Under the pieces are notes generated by a model. The model made no database searches. It saw nothing but the letters and a program-made list of their open reading frames with translations, and was not told the origin of the DNA. A program made the position numbers and the translations under genes. A DNA stretch of 30,271 nucleotides from a virus. Its lineage: Duplodnaviria > Caudoviricetes. Position 1 is the stretch's first letter. Each line of letters begins with the position of its first letter. The stretch lies in IMG/VR virus record IMGVR_UViG_3300024515_000033, positions 1 to 30,271 of that record, one strand, 5' to 3'. Shown one piece after another: positions 16,966-25,763 of the stretch.

Positions 16966-17774
16966 GCCGCTCCAATCTGTTCGGGGGAATAGTGCATTTG
17001 AATGTATCGCTGTCCTTCGCGTACCAAATCGTTCAATTCATGCCTGTAGGCTTGCGAAAACTGCAATCCACCCTTGACTGGCCCAAGGTAACAAAAGTGC
17101 CTAAATTCCTTGTTTATAACAATCTTACTCGCGATTACAAAGCAACCCGCCATGACTGCGTTAATGAGTCGATTGGGGCTTTTGTAGGTTTCCTCGGCAT
17201 TCGGTAACAAAACAATGTTGCTTTGGTGCAGCAGTTGTTCTTGTGCGCTGTTCGACCACGGCACGCAATCAATCAGGTCATTTTTCCCTGTGCAGTAGGT
17301 TATATCGTACTTTTTCAACATTTGTTGATAAGGCAAGATTTCTTTCAGATTGCTCTGATGCCCCATCCACAAAAATTTATTGCCGTCTGCGTGCGGTTGA
17401 CCTCGGTTTTCCCACGAATCGGGGATTACTTGGGCATCCCTTTCCGCATGGCGGCGAATTCGTCGCGCCATTTCCGGAGTCGGACACACAACTGCATCAG
17501 CTTCTCGAGCCATTTCTTCATAAAGTTTCCCTAACTGTGGATGCTCAAAATGGTCATCGCAAATATCGACCACCATTTTTACGCCTTGCCCCTTCATGTG
17601 ATGGAACAGCATTGCATCATCGGGGTGCGGCTTTGCAAAGACGGCTATATCCGCGCCTTGAGCATTCAGCCTTGATTTGTGTTTGCAATACGCCGAGGGC
17701 AGTTGCGCCCTCAATCGGTAGGATGCCATCTCAGCACCCCCGCGATGCAGCCAGGTTACGCTGCGAGCTTCCAT
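16938..17774 (-). CDS. Glycosyltransferase (GT-B/GT4-like)
   Basis: ASYRLRA, VVDICDD, ADAVVCPT, FLWMG and KSPNRLINAVMAGCFVIAS motifs. Confidence 0.75.
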   Translation of the reverse strand: MEARSVTWLHRGGAEMASYRLRAQLPSAYCKHKSRLNAQGADIAVFAKPHPDDAMLFHHMKGQGVKMVVDICDDHFEHPQLGKLYEEMAREADAVVCPTPEMARRIRRHAERDAQVIPDSWENRGQPHADGNKFLWMGHQSNLKEILPYQQMLKKYDITYCTGKNDLIDCVPWSNSAQEQLLHQSNIVLLPNAEETYKSPNRLINAVMAGCFVIASKIVINKEFRHFCYLGPVKGGLQFSQAYRHELNDLVREGQRYIQMHYSPEQIGAAWDTLFDSI

Positions 17775-18532
17775 GCGCTCCTAACCCGCAGGATTTCGGC
17801 TATCAGCCCGTCTCCCCGCGCTTCGATTGTAATGTCCGGCATCACGCTAAATACCAGTTGGAACTCGTTTGCCTGCTGCGCCATCGCCATGTTGCTTACA
17901 AACTTCTTGCGATGCGGCGCTTCACCGACATAAATTTCAATTGTCTGACCAGCTTTCTCACCCGTAAAGCGTTTCGTCCCATCCTCGCGGATGCAAGAGT
18001 CATAGCCGTACAGGATGAACTTGCGAAAGCCGAGCAAGTAACCGATGTTGATAGCCCGCAAGCCGGAAGTCGTTCCACCGCCTACTGCAAGCCTTTTGCC
18101 TATTGCCTCGCATTCAGCGTCTTGCGACCACGAATGCCAAAGCAGCACATTTTTGTCAGCAAGCCAGTCAAACATCACCGGCGGGCATCGGGATGCCACC
18201 ATGTAAACCGTGTGATCGTTCTTTTTCTGAATGCAGTTAGTCCTGTCTCGTGGGTCAAGATCAACCCACAAATCAGGTTTTATGCCGTTGTCGCATAGGA
18301 AATCGTGTGCGCCCTTGATAGCGCAGATCGTCCTGCCCTGTTCGCGTTGCTGTCGTATCTCATCAACGAACTCAGGCATTGATGGGCCGCTCCCGACCAG
18401 CACAAGTGTTCCATCGTGCCGAGCGGGAGCGGGTTGTAGCTCCGGAAGTCCCCGCGCAAGCGCAGAGCGGATGTAAGCCGAATTTTCGTCGGGCGTACCA
18501 GCAGCCCGCACAGAGATTTCCAGTTTATTCAT
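17756..18532 (-). CDS. Maf/DUF115 (MptE-like) family protein, putative glycosyltransferase
   Basis: VLVGSGPSM, GIKPDLWVDLDP and GGGTTSGLRAINIGYLLGFRKFILYGYDS motifs. Confidence 0.8.
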   Translation of the reverse strand: MNKLEISVRAAGTPDENSAYIRSALARGLPELQPAPARHDGTLVLVGSGPSMPEFVDEIRQQREQGRTICAIKGAHDFLCDNGIKPDLWVDLDPRDRTNCIQKKNDHTVYMVASRCPPVMFDWLADKNVLLWHSWSQDAECEAIGKRLAVGGGTTSGLRAINIGYLLGFRKFILYGYDSCIREDGTKRFTGEKAGQTIEIYVGEAPHRKKFVSNMAMAQQANEFQLVFSVMPDITIEARGDGLIAEILRVRSAWKLAA

Positions 18533-19011
18533 TAAGTACCTGCAACACCCGAAGCGATATGCGGATAACCAGCAATGCAGGTAACCGCAGTCGCGTTGGA
18601 AATTGAAGTGGTAGCCACAAGGCCAAACACCGCGCCACCCGAAACAACAGCGTCATCCAGCACGCCGGCAGTTGCGGTAGTGTAGAGCGGGACGTTCGGG
18701 GCGCAGTTAGCAGCCAAATTGACTTGCACCTTGCCGCCCAGTTGCACCCAACCGTAATAGCCCGAAGCAATCGAAGTCTGAGCGAAACCAATCCGCTTGC
18801 AAGTTGCTGCGAGCGTCGTGGTCATCATCTGCGCCTTTTGCGTGTCATAAACGGCGACAGCAGCATAGGCAGAGATTTCAGACAGAGCTTGGACGTACAC
18901 GGCTTGACCGCCGTCGGAAGTGTTGACCACCGTACCAGTCGTGAATTGCGAAGTCTGATCCACGTTGGTCAGGGTAACGCCTGCGGTATTACTTACGCTG
19001 AAAGTAGGCAT
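18532..19011 (-). CDS. Putative capsid decoration/cement protein
   Basis: 159 aa, beta-rich, YYGWVQLGG; directly after capsid gene with AGGAG SD. Confidence 0.65.
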   Translation of the reverse strand: MPTFSVSNTAGVTLTNVDQTSQFTTGTVVNTSDGGQAVYVQALSEISAYAAVAVYDTQKAQMMTTTLAATCKRIGFAQTSIASGYYGWVQLGGKVQVNLAANCAPNVPLYTTATAGVLDDAVVSGGAVFGLVATTSISNATAVTCIAGYPHIASGVAGT

Positions 19012-19025
19012 TTTCGTTTCTCCTA

Positions 19026-19946
19026 TTAAGCAATCAGCACGCCGCAGAACTGCGGGCCGCTGCTAGTCAAGTTACCGGCCCAACCAATCAGCTTAACGAT
19101 TGCATCTTGGTTGACTGCTTGGCGCTCGCCACCAATCGGAACAAAGTTCCGGTCAGCGTGCGGACGGAACATCAGGTACTTGGTGTTCAAGAAGAACATA
19201 TGGTTAGCGGTAGCGGAAGAACCGATACCACCATCCAGCACCACGTCCGAAGCCATACCAGCGCCAAAGTATTTCAGCGAGGCAAAGCCAGCACCGGCCA
19301 TCGACGAACCGCTATCGGTAATCCGCTGGATCGCTTGCAGCGATTGCAGATACAGACGATAGTAGTTGTTGTCAGCCACGATCAGATCAGGCTTGTCCGT
19401 TCCACGAATCAACTGAACAGCGACTGCATCCATGTATTGCTGGATGTTGGACGCCGAAACCGCAGCCGAACCGTTGCTAAGACCGGAGTACGACACCGAG
19501 CGCCAAAACGACCAAGTAGCACGATCAATGCCGCCGTAAGTGCCCGAACTCGGAGCATCAGGCACAGCAGCGCCCAAGCCGGTCAGGTTCTTACCAGCGT
19601 TACCAGTACCGTCAAGATACAGGTCACCGCTGATACGGTTAGCCAGTTGCGCCTCAGCAACGCTCATACGACCGTCCAGCAGGTCGATGATCGCCTCTTT
19701 GCCGCTGTTCTGAATCATCTCGAGGCCGCTGATCGAAACTGCCGAAGCGTATTGGGTGATCGAGAACTGCGCCGCAGAGATCGGGCTGTTTTGGGACACG
19801 TTCAGCACTTCATAGCCGCTATAGCTATTGGTGTTGTTGGTGGCGCTGTCGTTATACATAATCTCTTGCAAGATTACGTTACCGCCTGAGAAGGTCTTGA
19901 CGTTTCCGCGTTCTTTCAGTCGGCGCAGCAGGGCGTTGTTGTTTGT
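19026..19946 (-). CDS. Major capsid protein, exon 2 (spliced CDS 20730-20650 + 19946-19026, 333 aa)
   Basis: Frame open from TNNNALLRRLKERGNVKTFSGG to LIA*; lies between scaffold and decoration genes; no own SD/ATG. Confidence 0.9.
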   Translation of the reverse strand, partial: TNNNALLRRLKERGNVKTFSGGNVILQEIMYNDSATNNTNSYSGYEVLNVSQNSPISAAQFSITQYASAVSISGLEMIQNSGKEAIIDLLDGRMSVAEAQLANRISGDLYLDGTGNAGKNLTGLGAAVPDAPSSGTYGGIDRATWSFWRSVSYSGLSNGSAAVSASNIQQYMDAVAVQLIRGTDKPDLIVADNNYYRLYLQSLQAIQRITDSGSSMAGAGFASLKYFGAGMASDVVLDGGIGSSATANHMFFLNTKYLMFRPHADRNFVPIGGERQAVNQDAIVKLIGWAGNLTSSGPQFCGVLIA

Positions 19947-20649
19947 CCTTTTTGTTCATGTCCTCGGCTCTTTATCCGAAGCTCCTGCATGTTTTATTCC
20001 ATGCAGAGCAGACTATCTCATCGTAAGTTTTTCGCTTGCTTGGTGGCGCTAATTTTTGCACCGTGGCCTTTCGGCTTTCCAAGCTGCGCCAATCTACGTT
20101 TTAAGTTGCTTTTCGCGCTAGGACGGTAACCATTGGCTACTCGTGCCGCCGCTGCCTTTTTTGGAGCATCCGCAGGGGGTCTAAACGATAGTTCATTTTC
20201 GTTTAGCAACAAATCTTGCACCCTGTAATGCTTCATCCAAGACAATTCACGCTCGCGCTTTTCAATCACGGATACATCTGCTGGCATTGTTTCTAATACT
20301 TTCATTTGAAACAAACCAGCGTGATCGTTCCACGCTTCTTGCAACCGTTTAGAAGTGTGTTTACCGGATTTCAACAGGCTGCGATGCTCGCGCATCCGCT
20401 TACCTATCTTGCCCGATGTGCAGCCTACATAAGCCGCGCCGGTACTTGCATCTTCTAATCCGTAGATCGTCACCATTTGGGATTCCCCTCTTTGGTTAAT
20501 ACTTACGCTCCGCGCTCGTGGGACTTGACTTCCGTCGCATCCTAGTCGTTACACCTTCCGCAACCCTTGGTTATCCTTTGCGGCTTGGCTCGGTGTTGGC
20601 ATCTCAGCTTTTCACCGAATTCACGGAGTTTTATAACGTCTATATGTTA
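19947..20649 (-). mobile_element. Group I self-splicing intron (703 nt) in the major capsid gene
   Basis: P1 with U.G at the 5' splice site; P3, P4, P6, P7 (A-C-GACUA/UAGUCU), P8 and P9; terminal G; removal restores the reading frame. Confidence 0.92.
20018..20476 (-). CDS. Intron-encoded GIY-YIG homing endonuclease
   Basis: TIY-x10-YVG, KRMREH, ERE and LLN motifs; basic C-terminus; located in L8. Confidence 0.88.
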   Translation of the reverse strand: MVTIYGLEDASTGAAYVGCTSGKIGKRMREHRSLLKSGKHTSKRLQEAWNDHAGLFQMKVLETMPADVSVIEKRERELSWMKHYRVQDLLLNENELSFRPPADAPKKAAAARVANGYRPSAKSNLKRRLAQLGKPKGHGAKISATKQAKNLR

Positions 20650-20730
20650 AACGTTATCAGCAAGCTCACCGCTACGGCTTTGGATGTTAGTAGCGATAAT
20701 GTCGCTGATAGAACTATTGGCAAATGCCAT
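20650..20730 (-). CDS. Major capsid protein, exon 1 (27 codons)
   Basis: AGGAG SD + MAFANSSISDIIATNIQSRSGELADNV, followed by TAA as first three intron bases. Confidence 0.9.
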
Positions 20731-20750
20731 GGTTTTCTCCTATCAGGTTT

Positions 20751-21734
20751 TTAGAGTCGATCTGCCATGCTGTCGAATTGTTCGGCAAGCAGGGATCGGC
20801 GATCTTGCGCTTTGGTAGCCGTTGTCGCGCCGGGTGCGGCACTTCTGACACTAACCGCTGCCGCTCTAGCCTTCTTCGCAGCTTGATTCGCTACGACCTT
20901 TTGCTGAGTCTCAACTTGGGCTTGTCGGCTCTGTTGAACTTGCTGATAAAGGTTGTCGTCTAGGCGTAATGCTTTTTCATACGCATCCTCTAATGTCGTT
21001 GCTACACCGCTTTGCAGCAAACTAATCATTGTCGGACGCGCTTCTTCAAAATGCTCAGCCCGCATAGCGAAACTGTCAATCTCGCTTAGCAAAGACTGGT
21101 TCTGCACTTGCTCTTGTTGCTCTTTCCAACTCAACACCTCGCCCCGAACTCGATTCAGTTCCTGCTGAAGTGCTGAAATATTGGGATCAACCATCTGTTG
21201 TGGCAGTTGGCTCATGTCACCCAAATTCACACCGTACTGCTGCGCGAGTCGCATAAAAAGTTGTTGCTTTTGCTGCGGATCGCTATACCGTAATGCGTGA
21301 TCTGCTTCCATCAAGGCTTTGACAGCCTTCGGTGCATCCATCCCCAAGCCGCGGATTGTCTCCATGTAGGGGTTCAAGACCTCGTTAAACTGGTCTGCTA
21401 TGCGGGCTTTTTCCATCAGGGGCTGTACCCCTGCTTTCATTTGTTCTTCGCGCTGCCAGGCGTATTCTTTCATCCTGTCATCAGCGGTTTGCCAAACGTC
21501 GTGATAATCTTTCTTCCACGAAGCCGGTGGGCGTTTCCAAACGGGTTCTTCTACAGGCTCTTGCGCCTGCTGCATCATTGTCTGCTCGGGCTCTTTCGCT
21601 GCAAACTTGCCTTGCTCGTCGCGGGGCACATCCTCGCGGACAGGTTCGGGGGCGCTTTCGACTTGCTCAAACTGTTCCAGCAACTTTTCTCTGCGGGTAT
21701 CTTCAACTGGTGCAATTGCGTTTAGATCGCTCAT
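20751..21734 (-). CDS. Capsid scaffolding protein
   Basis: 327 aa, acidic/Gln-rich helical; RDEQGKFA and PPASW motifs; directly upstream of capsid gene. Confidence 0.75.
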   Translation of the reverse strand: MSDLNAIAPVEDTRREKLLEQFEQVESAPEPVREDVPRDEQGKFAAKEPEQTMMQQAQEPVEEPVWKRPPASWKKDYHDVWQTADDRMKEYAWQREEQMKAGVQPLMEKARIADQFNEVLNPYMETIRGLGMDAPKAVKALMEADHALRYSDPQQKQQLFMRLAQQYGVNLGDMSQLPQQMVDPNISALQQELNRVRGEVLSWKEQQEQVQNQSLLSEIDSFAMRAEHFEEARPTMISLLQSGVATTLEDAYEKALRLDDNLYQQVQQSRQAQVETQQKVVANQAAKKARAAAVSVRSAAPGATTATKAQDRRSLLAEQFDSMADRL

Positions 21735-22076
21735 TTATCTCTCCCTGTGGGGGTTACGGGTAAATCGTGCGTCATCGCGCAGTTTGTTTAACATCTTGTT
21801 TGCATCTGCGTGAGTCATGTTTGCCAGTTGCGCCCGCAATACTTCTTTGCGGTTATCCTTCACCGGAGCAACTTTCGTTTCCATCTTTTCGTTGCCGACT
21901 TCAATGCAGCCATGCGCTTGCAGGTGTTCCCTGTGGCGGCTGCGGCTGGTAATCATTGATCCGTCAATCATGGACTGATAAGGCTGAATGTCGGGCATTA
22001 CATGGTGCAAGGGAGTCGGTTGGTACTCGCCAACTTCTATTGCTTCACCATCAACATAAATCCAGCGTTTTTTCAT
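21735..22076 (-). CDS. Hypothetical protein
   Basis: 113 aa; DIQPYQSMIDGSMITSRSRHREHL..HGCIEVGNE; operon order. Confidence 0.75.
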   Translation of the reverse strand: MKKRWIYVDGEAIEVGEYQPTPLHHVMPDIQPYQSMIDGSMITSRSRHREHLQAHGCIEVGNEKMETKVAPVKDNRKEVLRAQLANMTHADANKMLNKLRDDARFTRNPHRER

Positions 22077-22420
22077 AGAAGTAACAGAATTTCCTCATCG
22101 TCCGTTTCGATATGCTGATTCCATATTTGTTCAGCATTCTTAAGATCGGCAATCAATTTATCAAAATTAAGATTGCTTGTCAAAATCTGTTGCTTGGTTA
22201 TGTATTTCAGCGGTTCGACGACTTCGGGGATATCTTCTTTACCTTCAACAATTCTTTCATACAAGGCAAGAACTTCTTTGCGACGCTCCTCTCGAACCGC
22301 TTTTTCTCTTGCAAAGCGATCTTTCAGTTTGTCGCCGTCATGGGTATCAATATCGACAATTACGGGAACAAAGTCCCATGTCGCATCATCCCATGTGCCG
22401 GTGTCCCATCCTCCGTTCAT
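22073..22420 (-). CDS. Hypothetical protein
   Basis: 115 aa; WDTGTWDDATWD N-terminus, DDEEILLLL C-terminus; ATGA overlaps. Confidence 0.7.
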   Translation of the reverse strand: MNGGWDTGTWDDATWDFVPVIVDIDTHDGDKLKDRFAREKAVREERRKEVLALYERIVEGKEDIPEVVEPLKYITKQQILTSNLNFDKLIADLKNAEQIWNQHIETDDEEILLLL

Positions 22421-24690
22421 ACAGCGATTTCAACGCCTATTGCCTTGCCATCAGGCCCGCGAATGATGCGTTTCGGCGCATTTAGCGTTTGGATCATTGA
22501 GGCGATATTGTCCATCGTTGCATTCGCCTTGTTTGCCATGTCCTCGTGCAAATTAGCGACTTGCTGCACAGCAGCAACGACGTTATCTCCAAGCTCGGCA
22601 GTCATGCGTTCGGAAGCCGCATTTGCAGCCTGTAGCAATTGCAAATCTTGCCCAGGATTGGCACTAATGCGTGCAACGGTAACTTTTGTTGCTGCGTCAA
22701 GTTCGGTTTTCCAGCGGTTGTATTGTTCTTCCATTTCCGCTTTCTGACGCTCAAACTCCATTTTCTGAGCATCCATCTGAGCACGCATCTGCTCGATTTC
22801 GATTTCGCGCTGCGCTTTTGCCTGCTCAAGTTGCAATTTAGCCTGCTCGACCTGCATATTTGCCTGCATCTTGGCCTGTTCAAGCTGCCCTTCTGCTTGC
22901 ATTTTCGCCTGTTGCAATTGCTGTTCAGCCTGCATTTTGAGCATTTCGGGGTTTTGCTGCGGTTGCGGCGGCGGTCTGTTGACGATTTGGTTTATGCCTT
23001 GGTCGATTGCACCTTCCAACTGACGCGCACCCTTGAACGAGGCAACCATAAATTTCATCGTCTCGCCAATCATGGGCACAAGTTCCGGTGCTTGCGTACC
23101 CAGCGGCAAGGCTTCGCGCAAGAATGCGCCCAATGCAGAGATAAACTCAGCCCGATCCCGCTTCATTTGCTGCTCGTCAAGCTGAACAAGTGAGTCAGCA
23201 GCAACTTCGATGCGGAAATTGCGTAGCGGTTTGTCTTTCAGCAACGCCAACGCTTGCGGGACAAGCTGTTGATCTTGTGGTTCAAGCTGATCCGCTGCCG
23301 CGTACATGAGAATCGTTTCGGGCTGGAACTTGGTGCAAATAACCTGCGCCTTGAGCCTGAGAAGCCCCGTAGCGAACAGCGCCACATCCTCCTGCATTGA
23401 GCGCAGCCGGATAGAGGCGTATTGCCCCTTAATTTGCTGTGCTGTAGCCGTCTCAGACGCAAAGGATGATCCTCGGATAATGTCCGAAAGACCTGTGATT
23501 TCGTAGATTTGGTTCTTAATCTCAGTCCGCGCCTGATAGCACTGAATCAGGGTCTGAGCAATCATGTCAATCGGCAGAAAGTCAATCGCGCCCTTCAAGC
23601 CGCCTTTCTCACCAAACGCCAGCCAGGTGTCGACCGGCAACAAGGCGTTATTCTCGCCCTCAGTCATCAGTCGCTGCAATGCGGGCTGTGAAGCGTCATA
23701 CACGCCCCTAACACGCAAAGCCTTGACGAGTCCATCAATCCTATCGGACAAAATATCAAGCTCGTTAGCCTGATCCTGATACAGCACAAAGTCAGGAACA
23801 GGAACAAGGGTGTCGCTCGTCATCGTCGCAAACAACGGTTTCGGGCAGGGGAAGAATCCTTCTAACTCTAGCGGGTCGTCGCGCTCGTCAATGATGTTAG
23901 GCATCGACTTGCTGAACCAGTAAACCTTCCCCGTTTCCTTGTCCCAGTATTCGCAAATTTTCGCGCGAGTGTGTTCCTTGGTGCTTTGCCCGTACTGTTT
24001 GAGGGTGTCAGGGCCAGCATCAAAAGGAATTTTGCTGCCGACTTCCTCACCGAAACGCTCAATCAGTGCTTCGCGGGTCATGTATACCCAACGCCAAACA
24101 GCGGTTACTTCCTCCCATGTACGCGCAACTGCATGGCCGAAGTCTTTCCAGTGAACATAGTCAACGGGAGCGCATTCGTACTCGATCTGCTCCATCGGTT
24201 CTTCACCGGCTAACGCTTGGTTTCCGGTTTCCGGCTCGTCTATGTCCTCGGTGACTTCTAGCCCGTCCTCGGGCATATCAATCGCTTGAACGTGCGGCTC
24301 ATAACGCACCCAAGACGTGCCACGCCCGCCAAGGAAGCGATCCTCGACGCAATGCTTCATCGTGCTGCGAAAGTCGGGGTAATGCTCAATCTCGTAATCC
24401 AGCGCCCGCTCAATCAGCAACGAGGCTACTCGTCCCACTTGGTCGTTGTCGCCAAAGCGACGCGATACGTCTGCTTTTGGTAGACGCGCATAGACCGCAG
24501 GAATCAACGTCTGGACGTTAGACCATAGGATGTTGAACTTGGCAGTCTCGTTTGTGTTTTGACTGCGGTTGTCGTCCCGATAACGCTTGATAATTTTCTG
24601 TGCGCGGGCTTCCCACTTCTTGAAGTCGTTATCGTAGGCTGCAACGTTATGCAGCAGTTTCTGCAAACCTGTGCTTTGTTCTTCGCTCAT
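22417..24690 (-). CDS. Portal protein (P22-like, long C-terminal coiled coil)
   Basis: 757 aa between terminase and scaffold; IYEITGLSDIIRG...ETATAQ motif; Q-rich C-terminal coil. Confidence 0.88.
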   Translation of the reverse strand: MSEEQSTGLQKLLHNVAAYDNDFKKWEARAQKIIKRYRDDNRSQNTNETAKFNILWSNVQTLIPAVYARLPKADVSRRFGDNDQVGRVASLLIERALDYEIEHYPDFRSTMKHCVEDRFLGGRGTSWVRYEPHVQAIDMPEDGLEVTEDIDEPETGNQALAGEEPMEQIEYECAPVDYVHWKDFGHAVARTWEEVTAVWRWVYMTREALIERFGEEVGSKIPFDAGPDTLKQYGQSTKEHTRAKICEYWDKETGKVYWFSKSMPNIIDERDDPLELEGFFPCPKPLFATMTSDTLVPVPDFVLYQDQANELDILSDRIDGLVKALRVRGVYDASQPALQRLMTEGENNALLPVDTWLAFGEKGGLKGAIDFLPIDMIAQTLIQCYQARTEIKNQIYEITGLSDIIRGSSFASETATAQQIKGQYASIRLRSMQEDVALFATGLLRLKAQVICTKFQPETILMYAAADQLEPQDQQLVPQALALLKDKPLRNFRIEVAADSLVQLDEQQMKRDRAEFISALGAFLREALPLGTQAPELVPMIGETMKFMVASFKGARQLEGAIDQGINQIVNRPPPQPQQNPEMLKMQAEQQLQQAKMQAEGQLEQAKMQANMQVEQAKLQLEQAKAQREIEIEQMRAQMDAQKMEFERQKAEMEEQYNRWKTELDAATKVTVARISANPGQDLQLLQAANAASERMTAELGDNVVAAVQQVANLHEDMANKANATMDNIASMIQTLNAPKRIIRGPDGKAIGVEIAV

Positions 24691-25763
24691 TTATTTTTTT
24701 CCTTGGCTAACAAGTCAGGTGCTGCTACGCCCATCGCTGCGGCTGTTGCGGCGTTTCTGCGGAATGGGTCAAAAGCGGCAAAGCGGGAACGTAATAAATC
24801 TGAATCTTGAATGGATGTAACCGTATTTTTTTGAGATTTATAAAGTTTTTCCATATAGTCTTTTGCTTCTGCAAATTGATTTCCAGTAACATTTGACCAA
24901 GTTTCATTTGGAGTTATTCCGTATTTTTCTTTTAAATATTCTTTAGCTCTAAAAATATGACTATTTGGGCCTAAATCTTTCACATTTTTAATTTCAACGC
25001 CTTTTAATCCTAAAAGGTCTTTAGCAATAATTCCAAGTTCATCGGTTGATGTTGCTGAGTTTTTGTCTAACTCCATATCAGCTAAAGAGTATCGTTTTTT
25101 TCCCGCTTTGGCGGCAAGTGTATTTGTATCTATATCAGCCCAATTTCTTCCTTTTGCATTGACTGACAACAACCCTTCTTTTTTTAAAAGTAATGGAAGG
25201 ATATTTCCTTCTCCAGATCCACTGAAATAAGTTTCTGCTACTAATGGATTGTCAGTAACAAAAACACCAGCACCAGCGGTTTTACCTTTTCCAGCAACAT
25301 TCATTGCTTGTATATCTGCATTTGTTCCGTGATAAACATTATTTAGAAACCCCATTGCTTGTGCCCGTTGCTCTGCCGTGTTGTTAGGCGGCAAACCTAG
25401 ACCACCACGCTCTACAGGCAACGCTGCACGCTGTTGGGCAAGGCGCAATGCTTCGTCTTGCGGTGCACTAAATGCGCGTTTAATAGGCGCGGCTGTTGAC
25501 GCAGCTTCCATTGCCCTATCAACATTTCTTTGCTGCACATCTTCGGGAACGCCAAACACCGAACCACGCCAAAACTTTGTACGGGCTAGATCGTTCACAG
25601 CATTGACAGGCTCTGCTGATCCGTAGCTTGAACCTGTGCCCAACGCTTTCAATGCGCCAATCAACCTGCTCGGCACTTTGGCAAGTTCTTGCGCCATCGT
25701 TGGCGGTGCAGCCGTAGCGCCCTGATACGCTAGCGCCGCCGCTATGCGCTCTTGGTCAGTCAC
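24687..25763 (-). CDS. Protein with ADP-ribosyltransferase-like (ART-PolyVal-type) domain
   Basis: VYHGT...GAGVFVTDNP.VA.TY...GNILPLLL...LRSRFAAFDP; probable GTG start at 25763. Confidence 0.65.
   Translation of the reverse strand: MTDQERIAAALAYQGATAAPPTMAQELAKVPSRLIGALKALGTGSSYGSAEPVNAVNDLARTKFWRGSVFGVPEDVQQRNVDRAMEAASTAAPIKRAFSAPQDEALRLAQQRAALPVERGGLGLPPNNTAEQRAQAMGFLNNVYHGTNADIQAMNVAGKGKTAGAGVFVTDNPLVAETYFSGSGEGNILPLLLKKEGLLSVNAKGRNWADIDTNTLAAKAGKKRYSLADMELDKNSATSTDELGIIAKDLLGLKGVEIKNVKDLGPNSHIFRAKEYLKEKYGITPNETWSNVTGNQFAEAKDYMEKLYKSQKNTVTSIQDSDLLRSRFAAFDPFRRNAATAAAMGVAAPDLLAKEKNK

Noticed and set aside
17243-18298. 351-aa plus-strand ORF
   Set aside because: Antisense shadow of the Maf-like and glycosyltransferase genes; no recognisable motifs
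19026-19871. 281-aa ORF as the complete major capsid protein
   Set aside because: TTG start lacks an SD, the frame stays open to 19946, and the true N-terminus is exon 1 at 20730-20650
19107-19889. 260-aa plus-strand ORF
   Set aside because: Antisense shadow of capsid exon 2
19947-20649. Intein, frameshift or IS insertion as the explanation for the split capsid gene
   Set aside because: The insert starts with a stop codon, is not a multiple of 3, has no terminal repeats or target duplication, and shows group I core helices
22700-22975. Low-complexity repeats in the portal 3' region
   Set aside because: Gln/Ala/Glu-rich coiled-coil coding sequence expected in P22-like portals
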